DNA of 35,245 nt from Minisyncoccota bacterium (lineage in GTDB: Bacteria > Patescibacteriota > Minisyncoccia > Moranbacterales > GCA-2747515), in the NCBI GenBank assembly GCA_938044295.1, contig CALIRC010000120.1:1-35245 (forward strand), written 5' to 3'. The notes under the pieces are model-generated. The model made no database searches. It was not told the origin of the DNA and was given only the letters and a program-made list of their open reading frames with translations. Positions 9,824-16,014 of the stretch are shown here, piece after piece. A program made the position numbers and the translations under genes. The stretch's first letter is position 1; every line of letters starts with the position of its first letter.

Positions 9824-9992
9824 ATACTATCTCCATATAACTTATCTATTAAGCGCATTCTCTCACGCGCCAGAAACCTTCCAAAAATGAGCAGTGTATA
9901 GGGATCAATAAGCGTTTTGAGAGGTCTTGTAGCTGTGAGCGTGCGCGATTGGATAGGTAGTGGTTATTTGGGGAGATAGCATTGTATTCAGG

Positions 9993-10037
9993 CAGTATGA
10001 ATATCCAACCAGTATGAAGAAGGGTGATCCAGTATGG
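9993..10037 (+). repeat. three direct repeats CAGTATGAA / CAGTATGAA / CAGTATGG (candidate operator or activator sites)
   Basis: Exact 9-mers at 9993-10001 and 10010-10018 and an 8-mer at 10030-10037, spaced 17 and 20 bp. The third copy overlaps the TG of the extended -10 at 10035. Confidence 0.5.
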
Positions 10038-10043
10038 TATGAT
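10035..10043 (+). promoter_or_regulatory. candidate extended -10 promoter (TGgTATGAT) for the lytic transglycosylase gene
   Basis: TGnTATGAT at 10035-10043, about 40 nt upstream of the ATG at 10083. A GAGAG purine tract lies 10-14 nt before the ATG. Confidence 0.45.
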
Positions 10044-10082
10044 ATACGTGTGCAAAACAGAACAAAAACAGAGAGAAAAACA

Positions 10083-11417
10083 ATGATCTGGGGATTTCTT
10101 TTCGCTGGGGTTTTAGGACTGTGTGCAACAACAAATGTTATAGCTCAAGAAAAGCAAGAGAGCGAAACATCGCAATCACAGCAAGAGAAAGTACAACAAG
10201 AAGCTGCAGAAAAAAAAGCAAAGGAGAAAAAAGAGGAGGCTGAAAAAAAAGCAAAGGAGAAAAAAGAAGAAAAAGAGAAAGAAGAAAAACAGAAGAAACT
10301 TGAAAAAGATGCTAAAAAATTAGAGAGCAAGCTTAATGAAGCACAAGAAGAAAAGCAAAAAAAACAACAACAATTAAACGTGCAGCGCAACAATTTATCA
10401 AAACAGCGCTATGAACTTGAAAAAACAAGAAAAGAAATCGAAAGTAAAGAAATTGAAATTATTGCAAAAAAATCTGAAATCAAAGCGCTTGAAGGGCAAA
10501 TTGTATTAAGTAAAGCCTCACTGAGTAGTGCAATGCGTCAAATATACTATGAAAAATCACATAGTGTAACATCTCGAGTTTATAGCAACAATAAGAGTAC
10601 CCAATTTTTCCTTGCACAAGATCATTCCGATCATACACGCGATCGAATTGTCACGGTCCTAAAAGACTTAAACACAAAAAAAGGATCTCTGGAAACAGTT
10701 GAAAAAGATCTTGAAGTGGCAAAAAAAGACAAAGAAGAATTACTCAAAGAGCAGAAGCAAAAAGAAAATCAAATCGCTGTAGCCACGAAAGCCACAAGTA
10801 CTGAAGTGCAAAAAGTAACTGCAACGATCTCAGAAATCAATGGAAAACTAGCAGGTATCCAATCAAAGCTCTCCGATCTGCTTGGTGTGGGACTTTCAAC
10901 AGATGATATTGTCGAGGCTGCAGATTTTGCAAGTAAAAAAACCGGTGTACGAAAAGGGCTCTTACTGGGAATGCTCATCGTAGAAACAGATTTAGGTCGT
11001 TATACTGGGGGATGTTCGTACAAAGAAAGTCGTATGAATGAAAATCGAAAAGAACTTTTCAAAAAACTAACAAAAGAACTAGGATATAATTATAAAAAAA
11101 TGAAAGTCTCATGTCCTCCTTCAAATTACAAGGGAACAGGTGGTGCAATGGGTGTCGCACAATTCATGTCAGACACGTGGTACGGATACAAGGATGTCAT
11201 CGCCAAACGGACGGGCAACAATCCACCAGATCCATGGAATTTAGTTGATGGTGTAATGGCAATGGCATCAAAACTTGCAAACGATGGCGCAACAAAAAAT
11301 GGTCGTGATGGAGAATGGAAAGCGGCAGCTCGTTATCTCGGATCCTGCAAAGGCAATACAAAATTTTATTGTGAAAATGTACTATACTGGGCTGATAATT
11401 ATGAAAAGAAGTTATAG
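10083..11417 (+). CDS. secreted coiled-coil protein with a C-terminal lytic transglycosylase (SLT_2/MltB-like) domain
   Basis: The track ORF starts at 9960, but M42 (ATG at 10083) gives a signal peptide, MIWGFLFAGVLGLCATTNVIAQE. About 270 aa of Lys/Glu-rich coiled coil follow. The C-terminal domain has LIVETDLG (catalytic Glu context) and GGAMGVAQFMSDTW, the G-x-MG-x-x-QFM-x-x-TW signature of MltB-type transglycosylases. Confidence 0.75.
   Translation: MIWGFLFAGVLGLCATTNVIAQEKQESETSQSQQEKVQQEAAEKKAKEKKEEAEKKAKEKKEEKEKEEKQKKLEKDAKKLESKLNEAQEEKQKKQQQLNVQRNNLSKQRYELEKTRKEIESKEIEIIAKKSEIKALEGQIVLSKASLSSAMRQIYYEKSHSVTSRVYSNNKSTQFFLAQDHSDHTRDRIVTVLKDLNTKKGSLETVEKDLEVAKKDKEELLKEQKQKENQIAVATKATSTEVQKVTATISEINGKLAGIQSKLSDLLGVGLSTDDIVEAADFASKKTGVRKGLLLGMLIVETDLGRYTGGCSYKESRMNENRKELFKKLTKELGYNYKKMKVSCPPSNYKGTGGAMGVAQFMSDTWYGYKDVIAKRTGNNPPDPWNLVDGVMAMASKLANDGATKNGRDGEWKAAARYLGSCKGNTKFYCENVLYWADNYEKKL
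10206..10271 (+). repeat. 33-bp tandem duplication inside the coiled-coil region
   Basis: GCAGAAAAAAAAGCAAAGGAGAAAAAAGAGGAG is followed by GCTGAAAAAAAAGCAAAGGAGAAAAAAGAAGAA, encoding AEKKAKEKKEE twice. Confidence 0.85.
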
Positions 11418-11633
11418 CAACACAAATAGGACTTACGCTCATGAGTGTAATTTTAGGCAAAATCGAGACTTTTCATGATCTATAGCCTACCTACGGTGAG
11501 TAAAAAACGTAGATTTTAACGACAAAGCACACTAAGTACAGTCATAATAATGAATCATCGTTTGTAAGGCAGAAAATCTCTGATACTAAAAAAAATCACT
11601 CAAATGCAAAGGTAAGATAATAAATTACAGAAA

Positions 11634-13358
11634 ATGCAAGATACAAAGCAAGCAATTAAAGAGGTACTTATTCAAAAAATAAAAAGTCTACAAAAAACCG
11701 GCGAGTGGCCTGATTTTGAGCTACCAACATTTGTTGTAGAACGTCCAAAAGAGTATAATCATGGCGATTATACGGTCAATCTCGGCTTTACTCTTGCAAA
11801 GTATGTTCAAAAAAAACCAGCTGAAATTACAGATCTGCTTGTGCAAAATCTCAGTATAATGCACGTAAAAGAGATTGCTGCAGTCGGTGGCTATATAAAC
11901 TTTGTTTGTAGCGACAAAATCCGCGTGAAAGAGATGAGAACAGTGTGCAAAGAGGCAGAAAATTACGGAAATCACAAAACACACAAAGGAAAAAAAATTC
12001 TCGTGGAACACACAAGTCCAAATCTATTCAAACCATTTCACATTGGGCATTTAGTTAATAATACAGTGGGCGAAAGTATAGTACGTCTCATGAAGAAAAC
12101 GGGCGGAACAGTCGAAACAATGTCATATCCATCTGATATGTCTCTTGGTATCGCAAAGGCAGTATGGGCTATACTGGGAAGTAAGAAACAAATTTTGGAA
12201 GATGAAAGTCTTGATATCTATAAAAAAATACAGTTTCTAGGTGAGTGCTATGTTAAAGGCACGAGAAGTTATGATGCTGACGACGAAGTGAAGAAGAAAA
12301 TAAGAGAAATCAACCATGAGATCTATGCAGGCGAAAAAACCGATGCGGTACGAGCATACCTCATTGGGAAAGAGTTAAGCTTGTCATATCTAAAGGAAAT
12401 GACGCATCGTCTAGACTCAAAGATTGATCACTTCATTTTTGAGAGTGCTGCAGGAAATATTGGTCAAGAAATCGTCAAAAAGCACACAAATACTATTTTC
12501 AATCAAAGTGATGGTGCTATAATTTACAATGGAGAAAAAGAAGGACTTCATACCCGCGTTTTTGTAAATGCCCAAGGATTACCTACATATGAAGCAAAAG
12601 ATATAGGATTGCTCGCATTGAAATTTACGCAGCACAATCCAGATATGTCAGTAATCGTTACAGATGCAGAGCAAGCAGAATACTACAAAGTCGTCTTGGC
12701 AGCAGCAGCCAAAATTGAAGCGTTCTGGAGTCAAAAAACACAGCATATTACTCACGGAAGACTGCAATTTGCTGGGATTAAAATATCCTCTCGCCTAGGG
12801 AATGTACCACTAGCGGAGGATGTAATTGAAAAAATCGCAAATGGAATTCACAAAAAAATGCGAGAGAGCAAAAAAACCCAAGAAAATATACCACAAAATA
12901 CAATTGATGCAATTGCAATTGGCGCACTAAAATTTGCAGTACTAAAAGTATCTCTCGGAAAAAATATCGTCTTTGATGCGAAGGAGTCACTGTCATTTGA
13001 GGGTGATTCAGGTCCATATCTCCAGTACACACATGCCAGAACGCAGTCAATAATAGTAAAAGCACAAAACATGGGCTTAGATATAGTGCCGGGTTATGAA
13101 GAAGATATGCAAGAAATTTTTTTTCTGATCAGTCTTTTCCCAGAGACAATCACAAAAGCAACAAACGATTGTGCACCACATTTAGTAGCGAACTATTTAC
13201 TTGAGCTTGCGCATGCATATAACACATTTTATGCAAATAAGAAAATCCTTGGCAGTAGTGAAAAACATGGTGCACGTGTAGCCATGACAGAGGCAGTTGG
13301 GCATGTAGTGAAAAATGGACTGCACGTTTTGGGAATCAGTGCACCACAAAAAATGTAA
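11634..13358 (+). CDS. argS: arginine--tRNA ligase
   Basis: 574 aa. Class I HIGH region SPNLFKPFHIGHLVNNTVGES. ArgRS-type N-terminal additional domain and C-terminal DALR anticodon-binding region (PHLVANYLLELAHAYNTFY). Confidence 0.95.
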   Translation: MQDTKQAIKEVLIQKIKSLQKTGEWPDFELPTFVVERPKEYNHGDYTVNLGFTLAKYVQKKPAEITDLLVQNLSIMHVKEIAAVGGYINFVCSDKIRVKEMRTVCKEAENYGNHKTHKGKKILVEHTSPNLFKPFHIGHLVNNTVGESIVRLMKKTGGTVETMSYPSDMSLGIAKAVWAILGSKKQILEDESLDIYKKIQFLGECYVKGTRSYDADDEVKKKIREINHEIYAGEKTDAVRAYLIGKELSLSYLKEMTHRLDSKIDHFIFESAAGNIGQEIVKKHTNTIFNQSDGAIIYNGEKEGLHTRVFVNAQGLPTYEAKDIGLLALKFTQHNPDMSVIVTDAEQAEYYKVVLAAAAKIEAFWSQKTQHITHGRLQFAGIKISSRLGNVPLAEDVIEKIANGIHKKMRESKKTQENIPQNTIDAIAIGALKFAVLKVSLGKNIVFDAKESLSFEGDSGPYLQYTHARTQSIIVKAQNMGLDIVPGYEEDMQEIFFLISLFPETITKATNDCAPHLVANYLLELAHAYNTFYANKKILGSSEKHGARVAMTEAVGHVVKNGLHVLGISAPQKM

Positions 13359-13394
13359 ATGATGAATTATACACAACCCAAAATAAAAAATCTA

Positions 13395-13403
13395 TGGTAC
13401 TAT
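13395..13403 (+). promoter_or_regulatory. candidate extended -10 promoter (TGgTACTAT)
   Basis: TGnTACTAT lies 37 nt after the argS stop and 56 nt upstream of the 13459 ORF. Confidence 0.35.
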
Positions 13404-13458
13404 TGTATTAAATAAAAACAGTGAAATATCGTGTAAAAAATTTCATCAATACAAAATA

Positions 13459-14037
13459 ATGATAGAAGAAATAAGTTGTGCACGCATGGGTCGACTCTTC
13501 TGGATCATAGGCGGCTCCTTACTACTTTTCACAGTACTAGGAATGACATTTTACTATATAAATAATCAAAAGGAAAAAGCACAGACAGCATCTATGGTAG
13601 TGCGAGAGTCTCCAGCACCCACATCAACTGCACAAAAAGCAAAACCAGCTACGGAAATAAATCCAAGTGGGATAACTGAGGCTGATATTCGCAACCATGA
13701 AAAAGAAGTGATTGACGGTTTCGAGGTAAAAACAGATGGTGAGCGCATAATAGCGATCTCACAACAAAAAAGTTGCCCTATGGAGCGTTGCGATGGAAAC
13801 ACTTTTGGTACCGTAATCGAAGTAGAAGGAAATATTCTCACAATCAGCGAGAAAATAAATCCTGGGGCAGATGCTGTAGAACGCAAAATCACGCTTCCAG
13901 AAAAATACATCGTGCGACACTTCGATCAGCAAGAGGAAGAATATCTGTCAGAAACAGATATTAGCATAGGAGATCTTGTAGTACTTACTGTGCCTACTGA
14001 TACAAACACTGCAGAATTTGCAGTTGTCATCAAGTAG
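13459..14037 (+). CDS. membrane-anchored hypothetical protein (first gene of the surface-protein island)
   Basis: 192 aa. A single N-terminal TM (LFWIIGGSLLLFTVLGMTFYYI), a Pro/Thr/Ala linker, then a small beta-rich domain. An alternative start exists at 13486 (MGRLFW). Confidence 0.6.
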   Translation: MIEEISCARMGRLFWIIGGSLLLFTVLGMTFYYINNQKEKAQTASMVVRESPAPTSTAQKAKPATEINPSGITEADIRNHEKEVIDGFEVKTDGERIIAISQQKSCPMERCDGNTFGTVIEVEGNILTISEKINPGADAVERKITLPEKYIVRHFDQQEEEYLSETDISIGDLVVLTVPTDTNTAEFAVVIK

Positions 14038-14071
14038 TGAAAAGCTAAAAAATACCAATAACTAAAAAATA

Positions 14072-15817
14072 ATGATGAGTCTATATACAAAATCTGTTAT
14101 AAAAAAAACACAGGTGTTGTCATTACTTATCTTCATAGGAATGTATGCATTTGGCGCCAATGAACTCCATGCAGTACATAAATTTGGATTTGTGCACAAT
14201 GGAAGCGAGATTGGTCCAGATGGACTTGACTGTCCTTTCTTAGATGTTGCAGGGGGTCAAATCATTGAATTTGGAAATCCACTTCTCAATCCACGCGATC
14301 CAGCTGTACCAGATTCTATCGCATATAATGTCGATATACCAGCAGGTGTATATTCCATTGACTTTTTCTCATGGTATTCAACGACCTGGCCATATCACCC
14401 ATATGGTGCTTCAGGTGTTCCGCGGAATCTCATGAGTCCAGTAGATGGAGAAAAATTTTTTCTAGAGTTTTACAATGCTGCAGGAGACTATGTGAGGAAC
14501 TCAAGTTACTCTTCGGACGTTCCAGATGATGCAGATCCAGGATTTAGGGCATCAAGGAGGCATAACCATTTGACACTAGGTGAAGATATAAAGCAGATTA
14601 AAATAACATCTAAATATATTCCTAGTCATTCACTACATAATGGTTCACCAGTTTTTGCAGGATGCATTCGCATGGCTGATATAACTGCAGGAGATGTCTG
14701 TGGAGATGGCATCACGGCACTGGATTTAAGTGAACAATGCGATGATGGCAATAGTATTGATGATGATTGGTGTAGTAATAGCTGTACATCGAACATTCCT
14801 GTTGATGGGATGGCATGTCCATTCACACCGGGACCAGATCAACGTGTTGTAAGCTTTAACAACACACGAATGGTTAAAGGATCACCATCAATGCAATATC
14901 CGACCCCAGTTATAATCAATGAGGTAATAGAGGCGGGCGTATATGATGCAGAAGTTTTTTCATGGGAATCTTATGTATGGAACTTGCCATATGGCATTTA
15001 TGGAGCAAAATCACGAAAAGACATGAACAGACCACAGTATACTGAGCAGTTTCATGTAGAATTCCGCAATGCAGAAGATGATATTATTGGACGCACTGCA
15101 GACTCTATAGATTTGCAGGATTTTCAAGAACCTGCGCGACAAATATCACAAGTCGCTCGAAATCTTACTTTACTTGAAGATTCACACAAAATGAGAATAT
15201 GGTTTGGGGATAATCAATGGCGAGCTGATGGCAAACCTGACGCATTTGGGAATCCATCCGTAAAGCAGGAAAGTCTTATTCCTGGTTGCATGCTTCTCAC
15301 GAAAAAACCACCACTACAATGTGCTGACAACGATAAAAATGGTGCGTGTGATCCTCCAAAAGACACAAATGATGACAAAATTCCAGATTATTGTTCCTCA
15401 AATGGCGCAAATAAAGATGTACGATGTGATATTCCACCGCTCAAGCAGTGCCCTGGATCAGCACCGATCGGAGACACCTGCGCAATATGCGAGGATTTAG
15501 ACAGTAACGGTATCTGTGATAATGATTGTCTAGATTTGGATGGTGATAAATATTGTGATCCAGAGTGTGGAAATGAGATAACTGAACCAAGCAATGGAGA
15601 AGAGTGTGATGCAGGACCATCAGGAAACGATGCATGTTCGTCAAGATGTAAGTTAAAAACAACTGACCCAAGTGTTGGCTGCACAGTAAACAGATGTGAT
15701 GGGGCGCAGTGTAAAGCAATTTTCGTACCAGGAGAAACATCAGGTGCTGCATGTAATAGTAAATGCAGCGATGATAGTGACTGTCAGTCAGGTTTTTACC
15801 TCGAAGTACTCCCTTAA
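14072..15817 (+). CDS. secreted cysteine-rich protein: duplicated ~155-aa domain, CGDG...CDDGN Cys-rich repeats, Asp-rich Ca-binding-like repeats, C-terminal six-Cys module ending EVLP
   Basis: 581 aa with signal peptide VLSLLIFIGMYAFGANELHA. The domain is duplicated at 14219-14674 and 14804-15298. Cys-rich modules at 14699-14785 (CGDGITALDLSEQCDDGNSIDDDWCSNSC) and 15566-15649 (CGNEITEPSNGEECDAGPSGNDACSSRC). DxDxDG-like tract at 15320-15565. Confidence 0.85.
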   Translation: MMSLYTKSVIKKTQVLSLLIFIGMYAFGANELHAVHKFGFVHNGSEIGPDGLDCPFLDVAGGQIIEFGNPLLNPRDPAVPDSIAYNVDIPAGVYSIDFFSWYSTTWPYHPYGASGVPRNLMSPVDGEKFFLEFYNAAGDYVRNSSYSSDVPDDADPGFRASRRHNHLTLGEDIKQIKITSKYIPSHSLHNGSPVFAGCIRMADITAGDVCGDGITALDLSEQCDDGNSIDDDWCSNSCTSNIPVDGMACPFTPGPDQRVVSFNNTRMVKGSPSMQYPTPVIINEVIEAGVYDAEVFSWESYVWNLPYGIYGAKSRKDMNRPQYTEQFHVEFRNAEDDIIGRTADSIDLQDFQEPARQISQVARNLTLLEDSHKMRIWFGDNQWRADGKPDAFGNPSVKQESLIPGCMLLTKKPPLQCADNDKNGACDPPKDTNDDKIPDYCSSNGANKDVRCDIPPLKQCPGSAPIGDTCAICEDLDSNGICDNDCLDLDGDKYCDPECGNEITEPSNGEECDAGPSGNDACSSRCKLKTTDPSVGCTVNRCDGAQCKAIFVPGETSGAACNSKCSDDSDCQSGFYLEVLP

Positions 15818-15957
15818 AATATCTTGTCCAAAAATATGAGCAAAATCACACTCAATAAAAAATCAAAAAAATGAGCATAGAGAAATCACCACTCGAAGAA
15901 AGAATGAAAAAAAATAAACTTTATCCACAGAAGAAAAAATACAAATAAATTAGGTGG

Positions 15958-15965
15958 TGTATAAT
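15958..15965 (+). promoter_or_regulatory. candidate -10 element (TG-TATAAT) for the 16015 gene
   Basis: Perfect TATAAT at 15960-15965 with TG directly upstream, 50 nt before the ATG at 16015, inside a 197-bp AT-rich spacer. Confidence 0.45.
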
Positions 15966-16014
15966 AGGATGATAAAGATCGAATTTGCTTGATAATAAAA
16001 AATAATCAAAAATT

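Noticed and set aside
9930-10060. Possible c-di-AMP (ydaO-type) riboswitch upstream of the cell-wall hydrolase. The idea came from GGGGAG, GGGUGAUCC and CCAACCAGUAUG words and from the known association of ydaO with wall-lytic genes.
   Set aside because: The conserved ydaO blocks as I recall them (GGGGACCC, GGGGUGAAUCC, CCGAAUCCG-CAGCUAACC, closing P1) are absent or out of order. The same bases are better explained as three direct CAGTATG repeats plus a TGn extended -10 promoter, which would place most of the region upstream of the transcript.
9960-10082. N-terminal extension of the transglycosylase ORF (track start at 9960).
   Set aside because: The extension covers the repeat and promoter region and encodes no signal peptide. 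M42 at 10083 gives a clean signal peptide.
11418-11633. Search for T-box leaders upstream of argS here, and upstream of glyQS at 28531-28675.
   Set aside because: No GGUGGNACC box, no antiterminator/terminator alternative and no strong hairpins. Only a weak 5-bp hairpin (CTACG...CGTAG, 11491-11512) is present after the upstream gene.
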